A stretch of DNA of 64,000 nucleotides from Candidatus Saccharimonadales bacterium (GTDB lineage Bacteria > Patescibacteriota > Saccharimonadia > Saccharimonadales > UBA4665). The first letter of the stretch is position 1. Every line of letters begins with the position of its first letter. Shown here piece by piece: positions 1-9,287 of the stretch. The stretch covers positions 12,531 through 76,530 of the forward strand of contig JBBRMJ010000002.1 of assembly GCA_038230895.1 (NCBI GenBank). The letters are read 5' to 3'. Position numbers and translations under genes: made by a program. The notes under the pieces were generated by a model. The model was not told the origin of the DNA. It saw nothing but the letters and a program-made list of their open reading frames with translations, and did not search any database.

Positions 1-446
1 ATAGCGGTTGGGAGTAAGCCAAGCGCTATCAGGAAGAGAGTAGCATTGTTCTGGCTGCGTTTGGAGATATGTCGTAGTAGGTGGAAATGGAGCAGTGGCT
101 GGATAGCGAAGAGCACAACGGCGAAGAAGATGAGGCCAGGTACCAGCTCCTGGAAACGGGCGTTTGGGGTGTGACGTAATAATAAGGCACCGATGGCGGC
201 ACCTATCAGACAGGGGATGAGCAGAATGAGGTAGCGGCGCGGTAGCTTACGCAGGTATTTGCGATAGCCGTAGGCTGAAGTTATTTGCCCGGGTAAGATA
301 ACAATGTTGGTTGTCACATTAGCAACCAGCGGTGGTAATCCAACAGCTAAAAGAACAGGGAAGCCAAGCAGCATGCCGCCACCTGCGATGCCGTTCATGG
401 CACCCACGGCGATCCCGACTATGAAAACGATGATTTCGTGCAGCAT
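1..446 (-). CDS. TauE/SafE (YfcA-like) family anion exporter membrane protein; the C-terminal part runs off the left edge
   Basis: Absent from the ORF track because it is open at the window edge. My own minus-strand translation from the ATG at 446-444 reads MLHEIIVFIVGIAVGAMNGIAGGGMLLGFPVLLAVGLPPLVANVTTNIVILPGQ... It has a Gly-rich first helix and is hydrophobic throughout, as in TauE/SafE permeases. Confidence 0.6.
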   Translation of the reverse strand, partial: MLHEIIVFIVGIAVGAMNGIAGGGMLLGFPVLLAVGLPPLVANVTTNIVILPGQITSAYGYRKYLRKLPRRYLILLIPCLIGAAIGALLLRHTPNARFQELVPGLIFFAVVLFAIQPLLHFHLLRHISKRSQNNATLFLIALGLLPTA

Positions 447-550
447 GTTTGTGTTTTGATTGAGCTCCTTTAGCGTAGCATGTTCATTCGTCATCGGCCA
501 TCACCACGTCGTCACACGTAAAACGCTTACGTAACTGCTAAGATACATGT

Positions 551-1465
551 ATGGAAGTGCAGCTGAAACCCGGTCGTTACGTGGTTGCGGTCAGTGGTGG
601 GGTCGATTCCTTAGCGCTGTTGCACCTTCTCTATGCCCAAAATTGGGCGGCTCGTCAGGCTGGTCAGCCGACCTCGAAGTTGATAGTGGCGCACTACGAT
701 CACGGCATTCGTGAAGACTCGGTGGCCGACCGCAAGCTGGTGCAGGCGACAGCCAAAGCCTATGGCTTGCCGTTTGTCTATAATGAAGGCCGCCTCGGGG
801 CAGGGGTCAGTGAAGCTACGGCTCGAGATGCTCGTTATGGCTTCCTGCGACAGGTCCACCAGGCTAGTGGCACGCAGGCGATTATCACCGCCCATCACCT
901 GGATGATGTTCTTGAGACTGCCATTCTCAATCTGTTACGTGGCACTGGCCGTCGGGGCTTAACGTCGCTGCGCAGCCACGAGGATATTCACCGGCCCTTG
1001 CTACATCTCCCCAAGCAGGCATTAGTCGATTATGCCCACAGTCGTGGATTGCGGTGGCGTGAAGATAGCACCAATGGCGACGATAGCTATTTGCGAAATT
1101 ACATCCGACATCGCATTTTGCCACGTTTCGATGCGGCCGGGCGCCAACGCCTCGGCTACATTCTGAGTAGCCTCCAGACCCAGAACCGACAGCTCGATAA
1201 TGACCTCATTAATCTATTGCATCAGCAATCGATGGGAGGCACGCTCGACCGGACATGGTTCAATCATTTACCACATAGTGTTGCCAAAGAGGCGCTGTCA
1301 GCCTGGCTACGGGCACATGGTGTATCAGGCTTTGATAGCAAGGCCTTGGAGCGCTTGGTAGTGGCTGCCAAAACCGCTCGTCCTGGCAAGCTATTCCCCC
1401 TGTTAGGTGGTCGCCAGATGCATGTTGGTAGCCTAAATTTGGCACTCGTGGGTAGTGAGCGCTAG
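551..1465 (+). CDS. tilS: tRNA(Ile)-lysidine synthetase
   Basis: N-terminal PP-loop motif VAVSGGVDSLALLHLL, followed by ITAHHLDD and the rest of a TilS-type N-type ATP pyrophosphatase layout. 304 aa. Confidence 0.9.
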   Translation: MEVQLKPGRYVVAVSGGVDSLALLHLLYAQNWAARQAGQPTSKLIVAHYDHGIREDSVADRKLVQATAKAYGLPFVYNEGRLGAGVSEATARDARYGFLRQVHQASGTQAIITAHHLDDVLETAILNLLRGTGRRGLTSLRSHEDIHRPLLHLPKQALVDYAHSRGLRWREDSTNGDDSYLRNYIRHRILPRFDAAGRQRLGYILSSLQTQNRQLDNDLINLLHQQSMGGTLDRTWFNHLPHSVAKEALSAWLRAHGVSGFDSKALERLVVAAKTARPGKLFPLLGGRQMHVGSLNLALVGSER

Positions 1466-1499
1466 CAAAAAAATAATAGCAGAGGTATAATAGAGGGCT

Positions 1500-3371
1500 A
1501 TGGATAAAAAACCACTTCGTTCCAAGCACAAATCAGGCAAAGCAGCCGGTAATCGCAATGCCAAGAACGCGGGCTTCATTGCTCTTCTGGTGCTGTTCGC
1601 GCTCATCGTCTTCGCCTACTCCAACCAGCCAAGTATTCTCAAGCAAGTTCCAGCTACCCAAGCTATCGCTGATAATAACGCTGGCAAGTATTCCAAAATT
1701 GTCGTCAATGGCAATGAACTAGATATCACACCCCAGGGTGCAGCTCACGCCACATTGAAGACCTATGTTGATGGCAATTCCAGCCTCAAAGAGCAGGGAT
1801 TCAATACCGCCAAAACGAGCATTACCTTTAAGCCAGAGTCAGCCGGTACACCGGCTTGGCTGGTACTGGTTGAGACTATCGGTCCGGTCATATTGTTCGG
1901 TGGTCTTTTGTTCTTCATAATGCGCGGCGCTCAAGGCCAGGGCAATCAAGCCCTCAGTTTTGGCAAGAGCCGAGCTCGCCTCTACGGCAACGAGAAGGAC
2001 AAAGTGACATTTAAAGAAATCGCCGGCTCTGACGAGGCGAAGCAAGATCTTGAAGAAGTCGTTGAATTCCTGAAATTCCCTAAGAAATTCGTTGGCATGG
2101 GTGCTCGCATACCAAAAGGTGTGCTGTTAGTCGGTCCTCCGGGCACTGGTAAGACCTTGCTCTCGCGTGCTGTCGCCGGCGAAGCCAACGTGCCGTTCTT
2201 CAGCATATCTGGTTCGGAGTTCGTCGAGATGTTCGTTGGTGTTGGTGCTTCACGCGTCCGTGACCTTTTCGCCAAAGCCAAGAAGAACGCGCCATGCATT
2301 ATCTTTGTCGATGAAATTGATGCCGTCGGTCGCCGTCGTGGCTCTGGCATGGGTGGTGGTCATGATGAGCGCGAACAAACCCTCAATCAAATCCTCGTCG
2401 AAATGGATGGCTTTGAGCAGGGTGAAAACGTCATTGTCCTCGCCGCTACCAACCGCGCTGATGTGCTTGACCCGGCCTTACTTCGACCAGGCCGCTTCGA
2501 CCGGCGCGTTAATATCGGCTTGCCGGACCGTAAGGACCGCGAAGCGATTCTGAAGGTTCACTTTGCCAAGAAGCCACTCGCGAAAACCGTTGATCTTGAT
2601 TCGCTGGCTGCCAAAGCTGCGGGTAGCTCAGGTGCTGACCTCGCCAATATTGCCAATGAGTCGGCCATCATCGCCGCCCGCAACAGCCACAATGAGATTA
2701 CGCAGGGTGATGTGACTGAAGCATTCGAACGTGTTGCCATTGGTCCAGAACGCAAGAGCAAGATCATGACTGAAGCCGATAAGGTTACGACTGCTTATCA
2801 TGAAGCCGGGCACGCCTTGGTTGGTCACGTGCTACCGGATAGCGACCCAGTTCATAAGGTCACCATCATCCCACGCGGCGGTACGGGTGGCGTAACATGG
2901 TTCATCCCACCCGAAGACCGAATGTTTGTGTCACTCATACAGTTCAAAGACATGTTAGCTCGCGGCCTCGGTGGTCGTATTGCCGAAGAAGTCATGCTTG
3001 GCAAAGACCGTATCACAACTGGTGCGGGCAGCGATCTGCAACAAGCCGCTGAATTAGCCCGTGATATGGTTGTCAACCAGGGTATGGGTGACAAGCTGCG
3101 CGACCAGGTTTTCCACGTCGACGATGGTATGATGATTGACCGCATTGTCCACGAACGTGATTACTCTGAGGATACCGCAAAGGTTATCGACCAAGAAGTC
3201 GAGAGCCTGATTACGGAAGCCGCTAATCGTGCCCGCAGTGTCATCAAGGCCAATCTCCACAAACTAGAAGAACTCAAAGACCGCTTGCTGGAAAAAGAAA
3301 CTGTCGACGCTGATGAGGTGCTGGAAGTGCTGAAGGGTGCCAAGATGACCGACGGCGCCGCTCTCTACTAG
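1500..3371 (+). CDS. ftsH: ATP-dependent zinc metalloprotease FtsH
   Basis: N-terminal TM segments, AAA+ Walker A GPPGTGKT, Walker [12 protein letters not shown] region, zinc motif HEAGHA. 623 aa. Confidence 0.97.
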   Translation: MDKKPLRSKHKSGKAAGNRNAKNAGFIALLVLFALIVFAYSNQPSILKQVPATQAIADNNAGKYSKIVVNGNELDITPQGAAHATLKTYVDGNSSLKEQGFNTAKTSITFKPESAGTPAWLVLVETIGPVILFGGLLFFIMRGAQGQGNQALSFGKSRARLYGNEKDKVTFKEIAGSDEAKQDLEEVVEFLKFPKKFVGMGARIPKGVLLVGPPGTGKTLLSRAVAGEANVPFFSISGSEFVEMFVGVGASRVRDLFAKAKKNAPCIIFVDEIDAVGRRRGSGMGGGHDEREQTLNQILVEMDGFEQGENVIVLAATNRADVLDPALLRPGRFDRRVNIGLPDRKDREAILKVHFAKKPLAKTVDLDSLAAKAAGSSGADLANIANESAIIAARNSHNEITQGDVTEAFERVAIGPERKSKIMTEADKVTTAYHEAGHALVGHVLPDSDPVHKVTIIPRGGTGGVTWFIPPEDRMFVSLIQFKDMLARGLGGRIAEEVMLGKDRITTGAGSDLQQAAELARDMVVNQGMGDKLRDQVFHVDDGMMIDRIVHERDYSEDTAKVIDQEVESLITEAANRARSVIKANLHKLEELKDRLLEKETVDADEVLEVLKGAKMTDGAALY

Positions 3372-3391
3372 GACTACAGAGTCATTGCAAT

Positions 3392-4222
3392 TTATAGTTG
3401 TTGCGTGACATCGTAAAGCTGCTGTGCCACAGCAACCTGACCAGCAACCCGGTGTTGGTAGGCAATCTGAGCAACAGAGCTTGTATCGAATATGTTTCGC
3501 AAAGTGCCAGCAATAGCTGACTGGGTATGAGTATCCTTCTTCTCGACAGCCGCTTTGTAAAACACAACTAATTGGTACATATCAGCAATTGCCACCCAAT
3601 AATTAATTGGTTCTGGCTGTTTCATTTCACCGACCCAGGCTTCAATTTGAGGTTGGTCGTAAATCACGGCCCTTAAAGCACGCCGGTTGCCATCCATGAC
3701 TTTGATAACGCCCCCACTCGTCTTACGGACAATAATTGGATACTCATCTTGCGCTGGGTCGGTGCTGTGCTGGTCAACAAAGGTTTTCTGTTCGGCTTTG
3801 GCAGCAGGATTATTAGCCAGAATCTCGGCCAGTTCGCCAAGCAGTAGATCAACCCGCAGGTTTAGACCGTGCACTTTCTGTAGTTGCTTAAGGGGGCTGG
3901 TCATTTGAATCGTGCGAGTGTCGAGGGTTTGCTTAGACCATTCAATATTCTCCGCGGTAATCCAAGCCACAAAATTTGGTTTCAGTTTGATGCCATGCAT
4001 AATGGCAGCAAAACTATCCCAAAAATCTTGGAGTCGCTCCGTCTCTAAATGGTAGTCAGTAGGCTGGTTGGCCCAACCCCGAACTGATGCATCCATAGCC
4101 TGCCAGGCATCAGTCGATACTCCAAGAAAAAGCTTACGCAACTCCTTATTAATAATACTAATTGCCAATTCTACACGAGTAGCATCGTAGATATGAGAGG
4201 GGTAAGTTAATTGCTGTGCCAT
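3392..4222 (-). CDS. Hypothetical protein with a ParB/sulfiredoxin-like domain
   Basis: The segment YPIIVRKTSGGVIKVMDGNRRALRAV resembles the ParB N-terminal/Srx-fold motif (..DG.HR..A). The rest is unrecognised. 276 aa; sits convergent with ftsH. Confidence 0.45.
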   Translation of the reverse strand: MAQQLTYPSHIYDATRVELAISIINKELRKLFLGVSTDAWQAMDASVRGWANQPTDYHLETERLQDFWDSFAAIMHGIKLKPNFVAWITAENIEWSKQTLDTRTIQMTSPLKQLQKVHGLNLRVDLLLGELAEILANNPAAKAEQKTFVDQHSTDPAQDEYPIIVRKTSGGVIKVMDGNRRALRAVIYDQPQIEAWVGEMKQPEPINYWVAIADMYQLVVFYKAAVEKKDTHTQSAIAGTLRNIFDTSSVAQIAYQHRVAGQVAVAQQLYDVTQQL

Positions 4223-4307
4223 AGGCGTAATTATAGAGCAAAATACGCTGTTATCTTAATCAGGGCTGGACTATACTGAGTGGAGCTTAGATAGATATGA
4301 ACAGCGC

Positions 4308-5903
4308 ATGAATCCACCAGAACCGGCCAATAAACGTAAAATCCTCAGCATCGGTAATGCGGCGGCCCTCTTAATTGCCGCCTCGCTGGCCGGGCAGATA
4401 CTGGGCTTTCTCCGTACCAAGTTAGTCAACGCCAACTTCCCGGTTGTCGGGCCACACAGCACCGATGCCTACTTCGCCGCTTTTATCATTCCAGATTTTT
4501 TCTTCTTCACCTTGGCTGCGGGCGCGCTCGGTGTGACCATGATTCCGGTGCTCTCCGATCGTCTGCATAACGGTACGCGCAAAGCAGCCTGGGAATTGGC
4601 TGCCTCAGTATTGAACTTCCTCGCCATCATCATGGCGGTTGTCGGTGTCATCATCATCATCTTTGCACGCCCTCTGATCCACCACATAGTTGCGCCGGGC
4701 CTTACTGGCACTCAACTCGATACTGCGACGATGATTATGCGTTTCCTGGCTTTCAACCCCTTACTATTCACGATATCTGGCATTCTGACCAGCGTACAGC
4801 AGACCATGGGCCGTTTCTTCTTCTTCGCCATCGCGCCATTATTTTATAACTTGTCGATCATTATCAGCATCTTCGTTTTCAAGGACAATCTTGGCTTAGT
4901 TGGTCTGGGCATAGGCGCCTTTATCGGTGCCATTTTGCAACTGCTGGTCATTCTTTTTGGTAATATCAAAACGGGTTTCCACTGGCACCCGCACATATTA
5001 TGGCGCAGTAAAGACTTCCAAACGATCTTACGTAACTTACCCCCGCGTTCCATTGACCAGGGGATGGATCAGATTGAAGACATTGTCGAAACCCATATCG
5101 CCAGTGGTCTGGGCAGTGGAACGATAACCTACTTCAACAATGCCTACATCCTCAGCACCGCGCCAATCCTACTACTCGGTACAGCCATTTCGACGGCCGC
5201 CTTCCCAAGGCTGAATCAGCGCCTCAGTCAAGGCCGCCCGGATCTCTTTCGGCGCGACTTCCTGATGGTATTGCGAGCCATGATCTGGATTAGTGCACCC
5301 TTGGTTGTCATCTGTTTCCTCGGACGTGGTTATCTGGCTCGGCTCATCTACAGCCAAGGCAACCAGAAAATCGCCGGCATCTTTGGCTTATTGACCATCG
5401 CCATTTTCTTTCGCATTTTGTACTCCATCATTTCACGCTGGTTCTATGCTCACAAAGACACGCGCACGCCTCTGCTCGTGTCACTCTTCATTGTTGCCTT
5501 GAATGTCGGGTTAGCTTATAGTCTGGCTCGACCTTCGGTGTATGGAGTGTACGGCCTCGCCCTCGCTCAATCCATCGTCGCCATGGTAGAGGTTGCCGTC
5601 CTCTCGACGATTATGTTAATTCGTGACCCGAAGTTATTTGATGCCTATTTCTGGGGTGGCGTACTGCGCATCATGTCTGTCACCGGCTTCAGCCTGGTCG
5701 CTTGCTACGCCATGGTCGCCGTGTACCCCTTACAGCTGGCTGATAAAGGTATCTTAACGCTTGGCACCAAGCTCGCCCTGATAGCCGGTGTCACTTTCGG
5801 TGTCCATGTCGCAGTCTCCGCGCTCTTCGGCCTCGAAGAGGTCCGTCCATTCTTCCGCCGCATCCGTGCCCTGGCCCTCAAACCCGTCAAACTCGACATG
5901 TAA
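4308..5903 (+). CDS. murJ: Lipid II flippase MurJ (MviN family)
   Basis: 531 aa polytopic membrane protein. The N-terminus AASLAGQILGFLRTKLVNANFP matches the MurJ signature (SR.LGF.R); about 14 hydrophobic helices. Confidence 0.85.
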   Translation: MNPPEPANKRKILSIGNAAALLIAASLAGQILGFLRTKLVNANFPVVGPHSTDAYFAAFIIPDFFFFTLAAGALGVTMIPVLSDRLHNGTRKAAWELAASVLNFLAIIMAVVGVIIIIFARPLIHHIVAPGLTGTQLDTATMIMRFLAFNPLLFTISGILTSVQQTMGRFFFFAIAPLFYNLSIIISIFVFKDNLGLVGLGIGAFIGAILQLLVILFGNIKTGFHWHPHILWRSKDFQTILRNLPPRSIDQGMDQIEDIVETHIASGLGSGTITYFNNAYILSTAPILLLGTAISTAAFPRLNQRLSQGRPDLFRRDFLMVLRAMIWISAPLVVICFLGRGYLARLIYSQGNQKIAGIFGLLTIAIFFRILYSIISRWFYAHKDTRTPLLVSLFIVALNVGLAYSLARPSVYGVYGLALAQSIVAMVEVAVLSTIMLIRDPKLFDAYFWGGVLRIMSVTGFSLVACYAMVAVYPLQLADKGILTLGTKLALIAGVTFGVHVAVSALFGLEEVRPFFRRIRALALKPVKLDM

Positions 5904-5952
5904 GCGACCAAGCACACAACTATCAGCATCACCTCTGTTATACTAGAGAGCA

Positions 5953-7731
5953 ATGAAGCAGGATCAGATTCGGAATTTTTGTATTATTGCCCATATTGAT
6001 CATGGCAAATCGACCTTGGCCGATCGGCTGTTGGAATTGACGCATACCGTCGAAAAGCGTGATATGAAAGCCCAGATTCTGGATCGTATGGATTTGGAGC
6101 GCGAGAAGGGAATTACTATCAAGCTGGCGCCAGTACGTATGGAATATGAGGGTTATGAATTGAACCTTATCGATACGCCTGGCCATGTTGATTTTAGTTA
6201 TGAAGTGTCGCGGAGTTTGGAGGCTTGCGAGGGCGCCTTACTGATTGTCGACGCAACCCAAGGCATTCAGGCACAGACATTGGCCAATGTCTATCTGGCG
6301 ATGGCCGCGGAACTGACGATTATCCCTGTCCTCAACAAAATTGATTTGCCAGCCGCTGATGTCACTCGAGTCAGCGCTGAAGTCGTCAGTTTACTTGGTT
6401 GTAAGCCAGAAGACATCCTGCACATCAGCGCCAAGACGGGGCAAGGCGTGGAAGCCGTGTTGGAGCGCATTGTGGTTGACGTCCCGCCGCCTAAAAGCTC
6501 GGCCTTACCTGAGACCCGGGCACTGATCTTCGACAGCTATTACGATGATTATCGTGGTGTCATATTATATGTGAGAGTTTTCGACGGTCATATTGCGCGC
6601 GGCGCTCAGATCAAAATGATGGCAACCAGCGCTCATGGCCTGGCACTGGAAGTCGGGGCTTTAACACCGGAAATGACACCCAAAACCAACTTAGAGCCGG
6701 GCGAAATTGGCTACGTTGTCACTAACCTGAAGTCAACCCGTGAAGCCAAAGTCGGCGACACCATTACCCTGACTACAGCCGCCGCCAGCGAACCATTACC
6801 GGGTTATCGCAATGTTCGGCCTTTCGTCTATGCAGGCTTCTTTCCGGAGAGTAATGAGTATTACCAGGAGCTGAAAGATGCAATTGAAAAGCTGAGTCTG
6901 AGCGATTCGGCGCTGCAGTTTGAGCCGGAGAACTCACCGGTGCTTGGGTTCGGCGTCCGGATTGGCTTCCTCGGTTTGCTGCATATGGATATTGTCCGTG
7001 AACGGCTGGAACGGGAATATAACCTCGAGCTTGTCGTCACCAATCCATCGACTGATTATCAAGTTGTGCTACTGAGCGGTGAGGAATTGGATATCAAGAG
7101 TGCTTCGACATTACCTGACCCGGCGAAAATTCAGGATATACGAGAACCTTGGATCAAGGGCGAGATTATTGTACCGCAGGACTATGTCGGCCCGGTAATC
7201 CAATTGATTTCGGCCAAGCGTGGTCTTCAGACCAATCTGAGCTATGTTGAAGATCGGGCAGTGGTTAGTTTCGAAGCACCGCTTGCCAATTTGCTGACCG
7301 ATTTTTATGACCAGCTCAAGAGCATCACCAGCGGCTACGGCTCCTTTAATTACGAACTGGATGATTACCGCATTGAAGACTTAGTCCGTCTGGATTTCTA
7401 TGTGGCCAATGAAATTGTCGGCGCGCTCAGCGTTATGGTCCATCGCAGTGAAGCTGATCGGTTGGGTCGTGAAACGGTCACCAAGCTGAAGGATGTAATC
7501 CCACGCCAGAACTTCCAAGTCGCGCTGCAAGCCGCCATCGGTGGTCGTTTCATCGCCCGCGAAGACATCAGTGCCTATCGTAAAGACGTCACAACTGGAC
7601 TCTACGGTGGTGATGTGTCGCGTAAGAAGAAAGTTTTAGCCAAGCAGGCCAAGGGAAAGAAGCGTATGAAACGTTTTGGCAAAGTTGATATACCAGCCGA
7701 GGCTTTCACGGTCATGTTGAAGCGTGATTAA
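5953..7731 (+). CDS. lepA: Translation elongation factor 4 (LepA)
   Basis: IRNFCIIAHIDHGKSTLADRLL (G1), DTPGHVDF (G3), NKIDL (G4). The C-terminal region matches the LepA-specific domain (...GKKRMKRFGKVDIP). Confidence 0.97.
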   Translation: MKQDQIRNFCIIAHIDHGKSTLADRLLELTHTVEKRDMKAQILDRMDLEREKGITIKLAPVRMEYEGYELNLIDTPGHVDFSYEVSRSLEACEGALLIVDATQGIQAQTLANVYLAMAAELTIIPVLNKIDLPAADVTRVSAEVVSLLGCKPEDILHISAKTGQGVEAVLERIVVDVPPPKSSALPETRALIFDSYYDDYRGVILYVRVFDGHIARGAQIKMMATSAHGLALEVGALTPEMTPKTNLEPGEIGYVVTNLKSTREAKVGDTITLTTAAASEPLPGYRNVRPFVYAGFFPESNEYYQELKDAIEKLSLSDSALQFEPENSPVLGFGVRIGFLGLLHMDIVRERLEREYNLELVVTNPSTDYQVVLLSGEELDIKSASTLPDPAKIQDIREPWIKGEIIVPQDYVGPVIQLISAKRGLQTNLSYVEDRAVVSFEAPLANLLTDFYDQLKSITSGYGSFNYELDDYRIEDLVRLDFYVANEIVGALSVMVHRSEADRLGRETVTKLKDVIPRQNFQVALQAAIGGRFIAREDISAYRKDVTTGLYGGDVSRKKKVLAKQAKGKKRMKRFGKVDIPAEAFTVMLKRD

Positions 7732-7770
7732 TGAAGCATTGTGGCAGCGCTACTCGCTGGTATACAATGA

Positions 7771-8436
7771 ATGCACGTAAACTATACAAAAATGAAATAC
7801 GTGTCAGCAACCCCTAATCTCGACAGCCGTCTCTTCGGCTTACTGCTTTTGCCGTCTTGGTTCAGTGCCGCTGTTGCCGTCATCGTCGGCCTGCTGGTAG
7901 GGATTGGCACAGTCGTCTTGACGCACTATCAAAGCAGCACCTTTCGACTCGAACTACTAAACACCCAGGTCAGCCAGCCCACAGCCTACCAGTCGCTCAC
8001 GGATCGTATACTGTCAAATAATTTCATCAGCAACCTACCGTTGTTATTATTCTGGACACTGGTTGGGTTAGTGGTCTATCTGTTTACTTCGAATATTTTG
8101 GCGGCTATTCGGAGTACTGCCGAACTGAAAAGTGAACTGGAGTATGTACATGTCAATCGTCACAGTTTGCTGGTGACTGCTGCAGAGCATCTACTCGTAC
8201 GCTTAGTTGTATTGGTGATTTGGGTTTTCTTTATCGTATTTTTCTTCAATCATGTCCTCCCCTATTGTGTCGCGGCCGCCTTGGCCGGCTCGGGGTCTCA
8301 AGGTAGTTTGCTGAATGTTAGCTATGTCTTGCTGTCCATTGTGATCATGACTGCTGCGGTACATCTGCACACTATTTTCTTCCGTCTACTTTTGTTAAGA
8401 CCACGGATTTTTTCGTCAGCGGTGTACATCGATTGA
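7771..8436 (+). CDS. Hypothetical membrane protein
   Basis: 221 aa with about 5 strongly hydrophobic segments and no recognisable motif. Confidence 0.55.
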   Translation: MHVNYTKMKYVSATPNLDSRLFGLLLLPSWFSAAVAVIVGLLVGIGTVVLTHYQSSTFRLELLNTQVSQPTAYQSLTDRILSNNFISNLPLLLFWTLVGLVVYLFTSNILAAIRSTAELKSELEYVHVNRHSLLVTAAEHLLVRLVVLVIWVFFIVFFFNHVLPYCVAAALAGSGSQGSLLNVSYVLLSIVIMTAAVHLHTIFFRLLLLRPRIFSSAVYID

Positions 8437-8482
8437 GCATTGAAACATTGATTTACCCCTGTAAAAGTGCTATAAATAGACT

Positions 8483-9217
8483 ATGAATGACCTCGTACGC
8501 ATTGCTGATTTTCAAAAAGCTCTCCAGGGCTACCATCTGTCAAAGCAAGCGCTACAAAGTCTGTCTCAAACCGAGCTTGTGTTACTTGTCGCGCCGACAG
8601 CAACAGGCCGCAACACGATTATCCGCCAGCTGCTCAAAACTGGCGATTATCACTTCGTTGTATCCGATACCACTCGTCTACCGCGTGTGAATGATGGCGT
8701 TTTGGAACAAAATGGCCGAGAATACTGGTTTCGTACCGAGCTGGAAGTCCTCAGTGACATCCAGCAGGGCAAATATCTGGAGGCCGCTATTATTCATGAC
8801 CAGCAGGTCTCAGGCATAAGCGTTCGTGAATTGGAAAAAGCTCGTGACGAAGGTAAGATTGCCGTCACCGATACCGAAGTACTTGGCGCCGAAAATGCCA
8901 TTAAATACAAGCCAGATACGATTGCGTTATTCGTTTTGCCGCCAAGTTTTGATGAATGGCAGCGACGCCTCAGACAACGTGGCACTATGGATGACATTGA
9001 ATTTAATCGCCGTATGACCAGTGCCTACAAAGAATTTGCGATGGCCTTGCAGCACGAACACTACCACTTCATCATTAACGACTCTATCGAACATTCAGTG
9101 CAGCAGATCAATGAAATCGCCAAACTTGGCACTATCGACCCAGAATCACAGCAGCAAGGTCGCGCCTTGGCGGAGCAGCTTTTATTGGCGACACAAGCAT
9201 TTCTGGGCACGGTTTGA
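8483..9217 (+). CDS. Guanylate-kinase-like protein with a non-canonical P-loop
   Basis: GK-family motifs are present: SDTTRLPR, EYWF, FVLPPS..RRLRQRG. The P-loop position reads APTATGRNT instead of GxxGxGK[ST]. Confidence 0.6.
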   Translation: MNDLVRIADFQKALQGYHLSKQALQSLSQTELVLLVAPTATGRNTIIRQLLKTGDYHFVVSDTTRLPRVNDGVLEQNGREYWFRTELEVLSDIQQGKYLEAAIIHDQQVSGISVRELEKARDEGKIAVTDTEVLGAENAIKYKPDTIALFVLPPSFDEWQRRLRQRGTMDDIEFNRRMTSAYKEFAMALQHEHYHFIINDSIEHSVQQINEIAKLGTIDPESQQQGRALAEQLLLATQAFLGTV

Positions 9218-9287
9218 ATTTCCGCACTTGACATCGACCCTCTATCCTGCAACCATTAACGGTATAACATAAACATGAAGTCTGGCT

